Virus record (IMG/VR): IMGVR_UViG_3300043788_000134
Span: 1 to 64,000 of that record
Origin: a virus
Reading direction: 5' to 3' (one strand)
Length of the DNA: 64,000 nucleotides
Shown here: positions 17,536-26,530 of the stretch, one piece after another
How the letters are laid out: every line of letters begins with the position of its first letter
How positions within the stretch are numbered: position 1 is the stretch's first letter
Position numbers and translations under genes: made by a program
The notes under the pieces: generated by a model
What the model was told of the DNA's origin: nothing
Seen by the model: only the letters and a program-made list of their open reading frames with translations
The model's database searches: none

Positions 17536-18540
17536 CTACTGCTGAATGAAATTCATCGGATCGTAGCGGCCTTCTGCGGTCATGGCCTGCTTGCGGCGGG
17601 CCATCTCCTGGACCCCGATAGGATCGCCTTTCTTGAACCGCTTCTGCCCCGACGGATCGTCGTAGTTCCACGTCAAGGTGCCGTCGGTCGCCGCTGCGGC
17701 CTCGCCTTTGCTCAATCGCACCACGCTTCCGCCTCCCGTGGTTTCACCCGCTGTGGTATTGACCGGCGCAACCGGGGCCGGCTTGGCGCGTGTCTTGCCA
17801 TTAGTTGCCCCATTCGTCTTGTTGGTTGCGTCCTTCAAACCCAAAAACTTTTCGATATGGGCGAAGTATTCCGGCGTATCCCGCGCATAGCCCTCCGCCA
17901 CCGCGTCGCTGTCGGCTGCGTTGATCTTCGCGGCGCGCCGCGAATCGGTGCCGAGTGCAAGCGCGCGGGCTTCCACTGGATGCTCGCGGAGCCATTTCTG
18001 TGTCTCGGGGGTGCGTGTGGAAAGAAATATTTCAAGCGGATCGCCCTGCGGCTGGCGCTGCGTTTCCTGCTGGCGTTGCTCCGGCTTTTGCGTCTTGGCG
18101 ATTTCCAGATCGCTCTTGGCTTCGTCGAATCTAACGATGCGTGCCTGCGCCGCCGCAAGCCTCTCTTGTGCCTCGGCGGCGCGCTTCCAGTCGCCCGCCT
18201 CTTGCGCGGCAATGTAATCCGCCTTTGCCGCCGCCGATTCCGTCTTGGCAGCTTCCAGTCCGGTTTCGACGGCGCCGAGTCGCGATTCGACTACTTCCGT
18301 CCGTGAGGTTTCGACCTCGCGCTCCGCCGCCTGGCGGCCGCGTTCGGCTTCGCCGGCGCGGCGTTCCGCCGCCTCGCGCGCCGCACGTTGGCGCTCGCTC
18401 TCAGCCTGCAGTTCGTCGTACTGCGCCTTGAGCTCGGCGACAGGATCGGGCGCGGTCTTCGCCTGGGTCTTTCCCGTTTCGCCTGCGTTTTCTTCCGGCG
18501 CGGGCGCTTCGATTTCGACGACAATATCTTCGTCAGCCAT
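17536..18540 (-). CDS. scaffolding-like coiled-coil protein
   Basis: ORF 17536-18555. ATG 18540 follows GAGGA. The E/A/R/Q-rich N-terminal half is typical of scaffolds. Lies between portal and capsid genes. Confidence 0.55.
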   Translation of the reverse strand: MADEDIVVEIEAPAPEENAGETGKTQAKTAPDPVAELKAQYDELQAESERQRAAREAAERRAGEAERGRQAAEREVETSRTEVVESRLGAVETGLEAAKTESAAAKADYIAAQEAGDWKRAAEAQERLAAAQARIVRFDEAKSDLEIAKTQKPEQRQQETQRQPQGDPLEIFLSTRTPETQKWLREHPVEARALALGTDSRRAAKINAADSDAVAEGYARDTPEYFAHIEKFLGLKDATNKTNGATNGKTRAKPAPVAPVNTTAGETTGGGSVVRLSKGEAAAATDGTLTWNYDDPSGQKRFKKGDPIGVQEMARRKQAMTAEGRYDPMNFIQQ

Positions 18541-18720
18541 TGCGGTCCTCATCATCCTCGCGCGTCAATTGCGCGGTAAAGCCGATTGCGTTAATTCGCT
18601 CGTCGCGGCGCAGGCGCGGACAAATAAAACCGTCTCGCACCGGATTGGAATAGCCATAGCACACACGGTTATCCCTTTTGGTCGGACGCCCGCTTGGATG
18701 TCTTGTTTTTGGCGCACCAT

Positions 18721-19155
18721 TCACCAGAAAATCTCCGGGTCGGACACGACCATTTTCACGTTGACATCCTCGAACAGCCGGCACGGCACTTCGCGGATGT
18801 AAAGTTGCAGTCCGTCGGAGGGGCGAGTCAACACCCAATCGCCTTCTTTCACCGCCTTTCCGTGAAAGAATACGCCGCGCGGCGGATCATCCTTGAACGC
18901 GCCGGGGCCGACCTTGATGACGAGGCCGATCGATCCTTGAAATTGGTCTTCCTGCAGGTTCTTGTCGGTGCGGAGAATCTTCGTGCCAGCGTGATATTTT
19001 GATCCCGCATAAGTCGTTACCAACACCTGCGAGTGCAGCACTTGTTCATCGGCGATGTTGCCGAGTTCCTTGAGAATCGCCATCTTGGGCGACTTCCCGT
19101 CGGACACCGCCTCCACAATATCGCGGAGCTTACCGACCGCATTTGAACGCGCCAT
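18721..19155 (-). CDS. GroES/Cpn10-like co-chaperonin candidate
   Basis: 144 aa. ...VLVTTYAG...IGLVIKVGPGAF...KEGDWVL... resembles the GroES beta-barrel pattern. No search was run. Confidence 0.45.
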   Translation of the reverse strand: MARSNAVGKLRDIVEAVSDGKSPKMAILKELGNIADEQVLHSQVLVTTYAGSKYHAGTKILRTDKNLQEDQFQGSIGLVIKVGPGAFKDDPPRGVFFHGKAVKEGDWVLTRPSDGLQLYIREVPCRLFEDVNVKMVVSDPEIFW

Positions 19156-19373
19156 TATCTGTCCTTCAATTCGTTTTCGGTTTCGATGCAGATTTGAATT
19201 GCGGTCTCAATGCCGCGGATTTCAGCGGCGCGTGATGGCATCTTGTCGTCCGGTAGGAGCACAATACCGTCCAATAATTCAGCGCGGCGGGCTTCCAGCT
19301 TGGCCTTGACGGTATTCGCAAGGCGCGGATGATCGGGCGCGAAGAATGTAACGGCGGAGGGGCGTTGTGTCAT
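19155..19373 (-). CDS. hypothetical protein
   Basis: ORF track, 72 aa. The ATG is 7 nt downstream of element 19381-19422. Confidence 0.5.
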   Translation of the reverse strand: MTQRPSAVTFFAPDHPRLANTVKAKLEARRAELLDGIVLLPDDKMPSRAAEIRGIETAIQICIETENELKDR

Positions 19374-19380
19374 TTGGACT

Positions 19381-19422
19381 CACTGGATCACGAGAGACAG
19401 GGATTACGGTGCGGTCACCAAC
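19381..19422 (-). repeat. TGACC-box intergenic element, class A
   Basis: Reverse complement is GTTGGTGACCGCACCGTAATCCCTGTCTCTCGTGATCCAGTG. Sense to 19155-19373. Confidence 0.85.
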
Positions 19423-19649
19423 AGCTTGTCGCGGTCAAAAACAACAGCAACAAATTCCCAGTTAGTGCCCGGCACTTTAAGCTCCATCATCCCTCTGGCA
19501 ATAGCTATCAGTTCGTTCCTTATCATTAGAGCGGATGGTGTTGGGCGACGACAAAAACTCACTCGGAATCGTGCGGTGATTTGAACGATCGCGCGCGTCC
19601 ACCAACAGCCAGTACAATGTGTACATTTCGATCACCATATTCCACTCAA

Positions 19650-19889
19650 TCACGGATAGCAGTCTTTTCGAGCCTTCTTCGCACCAAGTAGAAGTAATGC
19701 CCGTGCTTCATTTAGATCATACCGCTCAAAATCCCCGGTATCCTGTGACGCTGACGCAATATTTTTAATTCGCTTCCATGGCCGTCCCTCACTATCGATA
19801 TACACGGTGATCGGGACATGCTCCAACTGTGGACTCCAACAATAAGCTGGGTGACCCGGAGGTATTTCGCAGATCGTCTGCTTCGTCAC
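19650..19889 (-). CDS. hypothetical protein in AT-richer islet
   Basis: ORF 19650-20042. Likely GTG start at 19889 after GGAGG (VTKQTICEIPPGHPAYCW...). The upstream part overlaps 19912-20712 and looks non-coding. Confidence 0.4.
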   Translation of the reverse strand: MTKQTICEIPPGHPAYCWSPQLEHVPITVYIDSEGRPWKRIKNIASASQDTGDFERYDLNEARALLLLGAKKARKDCYP

Positions 19890-19911
19890 GGCACGCCTCC
19901 GTTTGCGCTCA

Positions 19912-20712
19912 TCACGCCTTCGCGTAATCTCGCGCCGCGCGACGTTCCTTGAACAGCCGCGCTTTGGCGCCGCCGCCGCCGCCCGGCATCTCCGTAGCCG
20001 GAGCGACACCTTCCGGCGATTCGACCTTACCGCCATGCGCACGTTTCTTCACGCCACCGCCGGCCCAGAACGTCACCACGCGACCGCGCCCGATATTGGC
20101 GCCGTCGCTTTTGCCGTCGGCGTGCTGGACTTGCGTGCCATTCCGATTGCCGTCTTTCCAGGCTGGGCCATCCTTGACCGATCCGCCGCGCGCACGTTGC
20201 GGCTTCGCAATCATCGGGTGACCGCTCATGACCCTTTTCATCTTGCCGACAGGCTCGCTCGGATCGGCCGTTCCAGAAGAAATCCTGCCACCCTTCGCTC
20301 GAATTGGCACGGCGCCTGGAGGTGGCATCGGCATACCTCCACCAGGAGGCATCGCGCCCTGCGGCGGCGGCATCGGGGGTGCCATCGGCGGCCGTGGCGG
20401 CATCGGCGCCCCACCGGGAGGCATCATCCCCGGCGCTCCGCCCATGGCGTGGCCCGGCGTGTTGATGACGTTGACGACAGTCCCCTTGCCCTTCGATTTG
20501 GTACGGCCGCCCCGCGCGCGCCGGTCCATGCGATGCTTGGACTTTTCGCCCTCGATCTTTATGGCCGATTTCTTCACCATGCGTTTGACGAGTTTCTTGT
20601 CCTGTTTCTCGTCCTCATGCACAGCGCCGCCCGATGCGTAGCCCTTGATGCGCTCGGGCACGCGGCGTTTTTCGACCTTGTGCGCGCGATGTTCAGAATG
20701 AGGATGTGCCAT
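19912..20712 (-). CDS. basic GG-motif / Pro-Met-rich protein (virion-internal?)
   Basis: 266 aa. Repeated [KR]xxGG[KR] motifs (ARGGRTK, AKGGRIS, RARGGSV, RAHGGKV) and a PPMPPP-rich centre. Confidence 0.6.
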   Translation of the reverse strand: MAHPHSEHRAHKVEKRRVPERIKGYASGGAVHEDEKQDKKLVKRMVKKSAIKIEGEKSKHRMDRRARGGRTKSKGKGTVVNVINTPGHAMGGAPGMMPPGGAPMPPRPPMAPPMPPPQGAMPPGGGMPMPPPGAVPIRAKGGRISSGTADPSEPVGKMKRVMSGHPMIAKPQRARGGSVKDGPAWKDGNRNGTQVQHADGKSDGANIGRGRVVTFWAGGGVKKRAHGGKVESPEGVAPATEMPGGGGGAKARLFKERRAARDYAKA

Positions 20713-20728
20713 TTATTTGCTCCAGATT

Positions 20729-20974
20729 TCAGGTGACCGATTCCGGTCTCTCAACCGCCCAAAACTCGCGTGACACAAGAGGCACCGCGCCGGCCGCGTC
20801 CATCTCGGCAACAATCTCTTGGTGTGTCGCCTCGCGCCATTGAAGCGGTGGAAACGCTCGCAGACCGTTTGGGGTAAAGAACGCCTTGCCGACCTTGCGG
20901 TATGGCACCCATTCATCGTGGATTTTGCCCATCGCATTACACTTGCGCAAGTAGTTCGATTGCTCCGGCGTCAC
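20729..20974 (-). CDS. hypothetical protein
   Basis: ORF track. The GTG start overlaps the portal stop (GTGA). The 3' end reads through element 20732-20779. Confidence 0.5.
   Translation of the reverse strand: MTPEQSNYLRKCNAMGKIHDEWVPYRKVGKAFFTPNGLRAFPPLQWREATHQEIVAEMDAAGAVPLVSREFWAVERPESVT
20732..20779 (+). repeat. TGACC-box intergenic element, class B2
   Basis: GGTGACCGATTCCGGTCTCTCAACCGCCCAAAACTCGCGTGACACAAG. Its left half is almost identical to copy 30501-30548. Antisense. Confidence 0.8.
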
Positions 20975-23190
20975 GAGCTACCTCCATTTCCACCGCCCGA
21001 ATCAGCCGTCGCGGGAGGCTGCAACGCTTGATGCACATTCAAGGCATGTTCCGCAAGGTCCATCTGGCGGTCATGCACGCCTTGCACAGCCTCCAAACCA
21101 GCGGTCTTTTGCGCGTTCGCGGCGTCCGCCTTGTGGATAACCATTTCCTTGGCAAGATTGACCGTAGCTATATTCTGTTCGGTGGCGAGTTCGGCCTGTT
21201 TGATTTGGTTTTCCTGCTGCGCATTTTGCGCATCTGCTTGCGCCTTTTGCGCGCCCGTCGTGGCCTGGGTCATCTTCGCCTCCGCGGCGATCAATTGCGG
21301 ATTCGGCTGCGGCGCGGCGGCAGGCGGTGCCTGGATCAATCCCGCCGGGTCTTCGCGAATCACCGCCAAGATGCGCTGCAAGGTTTCGGTCGGATTCATG
21401 ATCGGCGTGAATGCGGGAATAGCGATCAATTGCGCGAGCGCCACGCCTTTTGCCACACGATGAATGTGCGACGGCGTATTGGGATCGGAGCGCGGCACCA
21501 AGTTACAATCGTTTAGCGCCTGCAAGAACTTTTGCTCGTTCCAAAAATCCTTGCCGCAAATCTTATTGGACTTCCAGAAGTCCTCCGGGTTTTGTTTGAA
21601 CAATTCGACAATCAATTCGATTTCCTCGGCCTGGGCCTGGTGCATGCCTTTGAACGCCGCCGACATGACCTTGGTTGCCTGCTCGATCTGCGCCATCATC
21701 GTGCCGACCGGGACGTTTTGAATGCCCTCCGCCGTCGGGGTATCGGCCACGCCGCCGACGGCTTGGGCTTGCGACGTAATCTTGTCGATCAGCGCAAGAA
21801 GGCCCGGCGTCACGTCCTTGTAGGGCAAGCCCTGAATCACTTGATTGATCGGCTGTCCATTCGTCTCGATCGGCATGAACGTGCCTGCGGCCAAGCGAAA
21901 GTCCGATGTGTTTTGTCGCCCTCCCAGTTTTGAAATCACCCCCGACGGAAAATTCGCATACATGCCGGCGTCAAGCGCCTCGCGCCACGCCGCGGTCATC
22001 GCCATTGACGAGTTACCCAGAATATTCAGCATCCCCGTGCCGTAGAATCCAGGTCCAGGCACATACGGATATTTGACGTACATCCGCTTGCGCTCGCACT
22101 CGTCGTCATCCTCTTTCCAGTCGCGGCGAATCGCAAGAATCTCTTTGGAATCCTTGTCCATCGTTACGATATAGGGCAGCGGAATACCTTCGTCCTTGAA
22201 CTTGCCGGGCGCGTACTGACGCAGATCAAGCTCGCACTGCGTTTCCCACAAATTGTACGGCTGGTCTTCCGGCCGCCTCTGATTCGTTTGCGTACCTTGC
22301 TGCTGTTCTATTTGCTCATTGACGGCATTAGGCGCCGCCGCCATCGGCTGCGGTAACGACACATCGCGATAGGCGCCGAGCAATTGCATGCGTTTCATGA
22401 CCGAAGGACGCATCTGAATTTCGTGCGTGATGCGCGAGCACGAGCGCAAATCCTTGATGGTGTCAGAGACGATCAAATCCTTCGCATCGACGCTTTCCGA
22501 AACTGGCCGCCGGCGCATCGGGCAGCGGTAGACTTTCTTAAATCCCGATCCTCCAAAATAGGTACCCCACAACAGCATGTGCGACGTGTCGGGATAATAT
22601 TCCGACGCCGTCGTCGTCAGATAATAATTCATGTCGCGCTCGAACGCTTCGGCCAGTTCATCTTCGCCCTGCGTATCGGCACCGTCGTTGCCATCGTCGG
22701 CTATTTTAACTGGACCTTCGGACGGCAACAGTTCGGCTTGCGCGTTTGCCCATCCCTTCAAAACCGCTTCAAGCAACAGCGGATTGGTGACCGTCGAAAG
22801 TCCTTCGACTGCCGCAGACGTATCGGCCGCGTTCGCGCGCGGTTCCTTGATCTCCAGTCCGAGCAGTTCGATGCCGCGGGCACGGATGGCAAGATAATTG
22901 GCGCGCGATTGATTGTCGGCATTGACCTGGTCCCAAAGTTCGACAGAAATTTTGCCGAGTTCAATGGCTGGTATTCGTTCGGCGAGATTTTCGTAAAATG
23001 GATCGTCGTCCGCGTCTGTTGCTTTGGGACGCCGCGCGTCCAACTGCACGATCACGCCACCATCGTCGGCCGGACTTGTGACGGTGCCGGTCACGGGATC
23101 GACGCTCTCCACGTTGTCGTCATCGTCAATGACGACGGAAACGCCTGAGACTCCCGCGGCGTCAGCCATGGAAGTCACTTTCGGCATCAC
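20971..23190 (-). CDS. portal protein
   Basis: About 740 aa, located a few small genes downstream of the terminase. Q/A-rich C-terminus. The earliest plausible start is the GTG at 23190 inside element 23180-23228 (alternative ATG at 23169). Confidence 0.7.
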   Translation of the reverse strand: MMPKVTSMADAAGVSGVSVVIDDDDNVESVDPVTGTVTSPADDGGVIVQLDARRPKATDADDDPFYENLAERIPAIELGKISVELWDQVNADNQSRANYLAIRARGIELLGLEIKEPRANAADTSAAVEGLSTVTNPLLLEAVLKGWANAQAELLPSEGPVKIADDGNDGADTQGEDELAEAFERDMNYYLTTTASEYYPDTSHMLLWGTYFGGSGFKKVYRCPMRRRPVSESVDAKDLIVSDTIKDLRSCSRITHEIQMRPSVMKRMQLLGAYRDVSLPQPMAAAPNAVNEQIEQQQGTQTNQRRPEDQPYNLWETQCELDLRQYAPGKFKDEGIPLPYIVTMDKDSKEILAIRRDWKEDDDECERKRMYVKYPYVPGPGFYGTGMLNILGNSSMAMTAAWREALDAGMYANFPSGVISKLGGRQNTSDFRLAAGTFMPIETNGQPINQVIQGLPYKDVTPGLLALIDKITSQAQAVGGVADTPTAEGIQNVPVGTMMAQIEQATKVMSAAFKGMHQAQAEEIELIVELFKQNPEDFWKSNKICGKDFWNEQKFLQALNDCNLVPRSDPNTPSHIHRVAKGVALAQLIAIPAFTPIMNPTETLQRILAVIREDPAGLIQAPPAAAPQPNPQLIAAEAKMTQATTGAQKAQADAQNAQQENQIKQAELATEQNIATVNLAKEMVIHKADAANAQKTAGLEAVQGVHDRQMDLAEHALNVHQALQPPATADSGGGNGGSS

Positions 23191-23228
23191 GAGAGGTTGT
23201 GCCGTTTGCAGCACCGGATTCGGTCACC
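23180..23228 (-). repeat. TGACC-box intergenic element, class B2
   Basis: Reverse complement is GGTGACCGAATCCGGTGCTGCAAACGGCACAACCTCTCGTGATGCCGAA. Sense to the portal gene. Back-to-back with 23244-23283. Confidence 0.85.
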
Positions 23229-23243
23229 GTTACTCCGCGCGAC

Positions 23244-23283
23244 GTTGACCGTACCGTAATCGCTCCGCTCTCGTGATCCAAAG
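23244..23283 (+). repeat. TGACC-box intergenic element, class A
   Basis: GTTGACCGTACCGTAATCGCTCCGCTCTCGTGATCCAAAG. Its end abuts the stop of 23284-23463. Antisense. Confidence 0.85.
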
Positions 23284-23463
23284 TCATTGCAAACTAATCC
23301 CCGCCATCACTCTGCGCTTTTGTCCATACCGCATCCGATCATTAAACGCCTTCCAACATTTCTGGCACAAGTCATGATCGGGTTTAGGTGCTTTTATCAT
23401 ACCGATGCGTTTCGATTTCCGCGCGACAATCGAGCGACCGCATTCGCAAACCTGTCGCGGCAT
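23284..23463 (-). CDS. small Zn-finger protein
   Basis: ORF 23284-23601. Likely ATG 23463 (MPRQVCECGRS...CQKCW). Confidence 0.45.
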   Translation of the reverse strand: MPRQVCECGRSIVARKSKRIGMIKAPKPDHDLCQKCWKAFNDRMRYGQKRRVMAGISLQ

Positions 23464-23467
23464 GGCA

Positions 23468-23689
23468 TCACGCAGGGTTGTCTTCCGTAAGCGTCTTTTC
23501 GTGGTTCTTGGCTTGCGCCTTGACATCGGCAAACGTAAAGCCGCGCGAGACTTTGCCGGCGACGAGACGCAGGTGTTTGATTTCGGCAATGGCTTCACCA
23601 AGCATGACCGCTAGCGGCCCTTCGTGGTCCAGGCTCTCCTGCCGTAACGAGGCGCGATAGGTTTCGAGTTGCTGGACGATGTCCGTCAT
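23468..23689 (-). CDS. hypothetical protein
   Basis: ORF 23468-23869. ATG 23689 overlaps the upstream stop (MTDIVQQLETYR...). Confidence 0.5.
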   Translation of the reverse strand: MTDIVQQLETYRASLRQESLDHEGPLAVMLGEAIAEIKHLRLVAGKVSRGFTFADVKAQAKNHEKTLTEDNPA

Positions 23690-23925
23690 GATTTGAGCAC
23701 CCGTTTGAGGATAGTCGTTTTCAAGTCGTCGCACGCGAGGTTGAGCGCGCCCGCCTGGGTTCCAGCCATCACCGAAGCAAATCCGTTCGCCATGCAGCAC
23801 ACGATAGCGATCGTCGAAAACTTGCCGCGCCGCGCTTCGGCCAACGCCTCCTCCAGAAGATCGACACACGCCTGCTGATCGTCGGACAATTCGGCTTTTG
23901 GCACAATAAGAGTCGGTTTGTTCAC
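23686..23925 (-). CDS. hypothetical protein
   Basis: ORF track, 79 aa. Confidence 0.5.
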   Translation of the reverse strand: MNKPTLIVPKAELSDDQQACVDLLEEALAEARRGKFSTIAIVCCMANGFASVMAGTQAGALNLACDDLKTTILKRVLKS

Positions 23926-24018
23926 AATCTCACCATGAAAAATTCGGCGGCCATTGGCGACCGCCAGTCTAGGCGGGTTCTCGACAGGTACGCTACGCGG
24001 CGGATGATAGGCACTAAA

Positions 24019-25806
24019 TCAGACCGGATACAACGCCTTCATGCGCGGCCTGTGCATGACGCGCTCGCGTTCCTCGTGATGGACCTCCTCCTGCGTCTGG
24101 GCAAGGCCTGTATCGCGCAGATATTTAAGCGCCTGCGTCATGGAGTCCACCAGGTCGTCGTGGCGCGACCGCGGAAACATCTCCGCTTCCTCGATCACCA
24201 TTTCCGACCACTCCCGATCGGGCGCCCACACCAAGCCCTGGGAGAATGAGGGTTGCACGGCAAGCGCACGCGCCACCTTGTCGCCCTTCACCGGCATAAG
24301 CTGAATAGCCCAATCCTGCAGCCCGAAGCGGTTCTGCAATTCCTGCGCTGCACTGATTCCCGACGCCTTGGCCTCGATCAACAGCTTGTCCACTTTGCGG
24401 CGGTTGCAGGTATCCTCAACCCACTCCATCAAGCCCCAATCCTTTGACGTGCGCGAGCGAAACATCGCCCGCCGGCGCTGCACTTCGCTTTGCGCCATGC
24501 CGGGCAGCAAGAGTTCATTTGGCAATCGCTCAACCCGAACCGCGGAAAACGCCAAATGCTTGCGCCACGCATCGACCAGCATGATCCCGCGCTTCCCTTC
24601 TTGCGTGAACACGCCCCACACCGTCATGGCCGAGGGATCGTTTTCTTCGTCCTCGGTATACGCGCCATCCAGCGAGGCGATAAGATAATCGAACATCGGA
24701 AACTTGCCGTCGTCGGGCGCCCACAACTGCCACCACTCACGTTTGAAGATGCCTTCGCCGCGCGGTACCGGCGCCTGCTGAAATTGTGAGCTCCAACTAT
24801 AGGGACCCATTTCCGCGCGCAGCCGGGCAATGGCATCTTCCGAGAATCGCTCGGTCCACGCCGGCTCGTTATCATTGGCGTCGGGATCGTCTTCATCCGC
24901 GCGCGGGTCCGACCAGCCAATCTGATTGGTGACGAGATTACCGTCTTTATCGAAGGCTCGACTCGGATCGAAAAACCACGGGATGCACAAATGGCAATAA
25001 TTGAATTCAGGCGACAGCGCCACGCCGGACACGTCTTCATAGTGAACGCGCTGCATGATGATGATGAGCGCGCCGACATCGAGATTATCGAACCGCGACG
25101 ACACCGCCTCGCGAAACCACCTGATCGTCTCGTTGCGCACACGCTCCGATTCCGCTTCCACCACCGAATGCGGATCGTCGATGATGACGCGCGTCGCGCG
25201 CTCGCCGGTCGCGACACCGCCCACAGAGGATGCGAGCTTCCATCCGGTGCGCGTATTCATGACCTTGATCGTGGTCTTGTTGCGCAGCACGACTTTGCCT
25301 AATTCGTCGCGTTCCTCGAAAGGCACTTCTTCGGTTTTAATTTTTGTTTGAATCGGCCCGTATAGTTTCTGATATTTGGACGACGTAATCAGCGTGCGAA
25401 ACCGATCGTTGTCGCGTTCCGTCAATGATGCGGAATATGAAAAAGAAATGTAACGGTAATGCGTGCGCTTCATCGGTCCCCATTCCCAGGCAGGGTAAAA
25501 CACTTCGGTCATCAAACTTTTCATGGCGCCCGGAAACACGTTGATGAGTACGCGATTTATTTCACCGAATGTGACGGCCTCCAAATGCTCACAAATGGCC
25601 CACAGCACCCACCCATCAACAAACGGTGTTTCCGGCTCCAGCACGTCCCAGAAATAGCGCACGAACGCGATCAGGCCGCCTTGCCGCACGCCGTTTTCAT
25701 CGTACCAGCCGCGCTGCGATTGCTCGCGTTTGGCCTCGCGGGAGCGATACTCGGCGAGCAGTTTGCCGAAGCGTTCAAGCTTGGTGCGGGCGAATGGGGC
25801 GTTCAT
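24019..25806 (-). CDS. terL: terminase large subunit
   Basis: 595 aa. VIIDDPHS Walker-B-like motif. IIIMQRVHYEDVSG and C-terminal HDDLVDS nuclease-type motifs. Follows the small subunit. Confidence 0.85.
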   Translation of the reverse strand: MNAPFARTKLERFGKLLAEYRSREAKREQSQRGWYDENGVRQGGLIAFVRYFWDVLEPETPFVDGWVLWAICEHLEAVTFGEINRVLINVFPGAMKSLMTEVFYPAWEWGPMKRTHYRYISFSYSASLTERDNDRFRTLITSSKYQKLYGPIQTKIKTEEVPFEERDELGKVVLRNKTTIKVMNTRTGWKLASSVGGVATGERATRVIIDDPHSVVEAESERVRNETIRWFREAVSSRFDNLDVGALIIIMQRVHYEDVSGVALSPEFNYCHLCIPWFFDPSRAFDKDGNLVTNQIGWSDPRADEDDPDANDNEPAWTERFSEDAIARLRAEMGPYSWSSQFQQAPVPRGEGIFKREWWQLWAPDDGKFPMFDYLIASLDGAYTEDEENDPSAMTVWGVFTQEGKRGIMLVDAWRKHLAFSAVRVERLPNELLLPGMAQSEVQRRRAMFRSRTSKDWGLMEWVEDTCNRRKVDKLLIEAKASGISAAQELQNRFGLQDWAIQLMPVKGDKVARALAVQPSFSQGLVWAPDREWSEMVIEEAEMFPRSRHDDLVDSMTQALKYLRDTGLAQTQEEVHHEERERVMHRPRMKALYPV

Positions 25807-25809
25807 TCG

Positions 25810-26511
25810 TCAAGCCACGGAATTTCCCATGCGATAGTTCAGGTCAATTTCAATTCCCAGTTCCTTCGCCTGCTGCGCGAGTTGCGCGATTAATTCAGCA
25901 TCCGTCAAACGCCGCAAATCGCCATCGTCGCGAGAGACAATACCGATTCCCAAAAGCTTTCTCAATTCCTGATTTGCCGCCATGCGCGAGTAAGCCTTAG
26001 GCACCACACGGCCGCGCTCGTCGATCGAACAGGCCTCGATGCACCGCTGTGCGTCTTCTGAAAGCTCCGACAACAATTTCGGCCGCTGAATTTTCTTTTT
26101 CAGCGGTTCGCCGTCCTCGCCGAGAATAGGATTGCCCTGCTTATCGGTGCGATCGACCTCCACCGTCTCCCACAAATCCGCGTAATTGAATTCGTGCATC
26201 GACCACAGCACTTCCTCCAGCCGCCGGCGCTTTTGCTGTAGGATTTCTTCCTCCTGCCGCGACAAATAGGCTACGCGATCTTGGATATCGATGCGCGCCA
26301 GCAAGCGTGATGCGTTGCCTTCCGCAGTGTGATCCGTGGTTGCCTTGAACCGGCAGGAGCGATAGGCCTCGCCCTTCGGCCGCAATTGGGCGATCAGCCA
26401 GCAGAATCGCTCGTGGCGCCGATTGCGCAGTGGATTGGCACCGGGCAACGCCGAAACCGGCACCAAAGCCGTTGATTTATCGAGGTTTTCCGGCTCGGTT
26501 ACGGCGTCCAT
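25810..26511 (-). CDS. terS: terminase small subunit
   Basis: 233 aa, immediately upstream of terL. The N-terminal NPLRNRRHERFCWL... pattern is typical of small-terminase families. Confidence 0.65.
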   Translation of the reverse strand: MDAVTEPENLDKSTALVPVSALPGANPLRNRRHERFCWLIAQLRPKGEAYRSCRFKATTDHTAEGNASRLLARIDIQDRVAYLSRQEEEILQQKRRRLEEVLWSMHEFNYADLWETVEVDRTDKQGNPILGEDGEPLKKKIQRPKLLSELSEDAQRCIEACSIDERGRVVPKAYSRMAANQELRKLLGIGIVSRDDGDLRRLTDAELIAQLAQQAKELGIEIDLNYRMGNSVA

Positions 26512-26530
26512 TGTGCGGATTCACAACGAT

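Noticed and set aside
891-23148. Many long antisense ORFs in the track (for example 891-1526, 1683-2201, 9340-9975, 10441-10989, 12632-13081, 14282-15088, 16541-17413, 17248-18306, 19903-20736, 20902-21516, 22384-23148).
   Set aside because: They lie entirely opposite longer ORFs with recognisable domains or operon logic. They are Arg/Ala/Gly/Pro-rich, as expected for the antisense strand of GC-rich coding DNA, and they lack RBSs. Several merely begin at the GTG or ATG of an antisense element copy.
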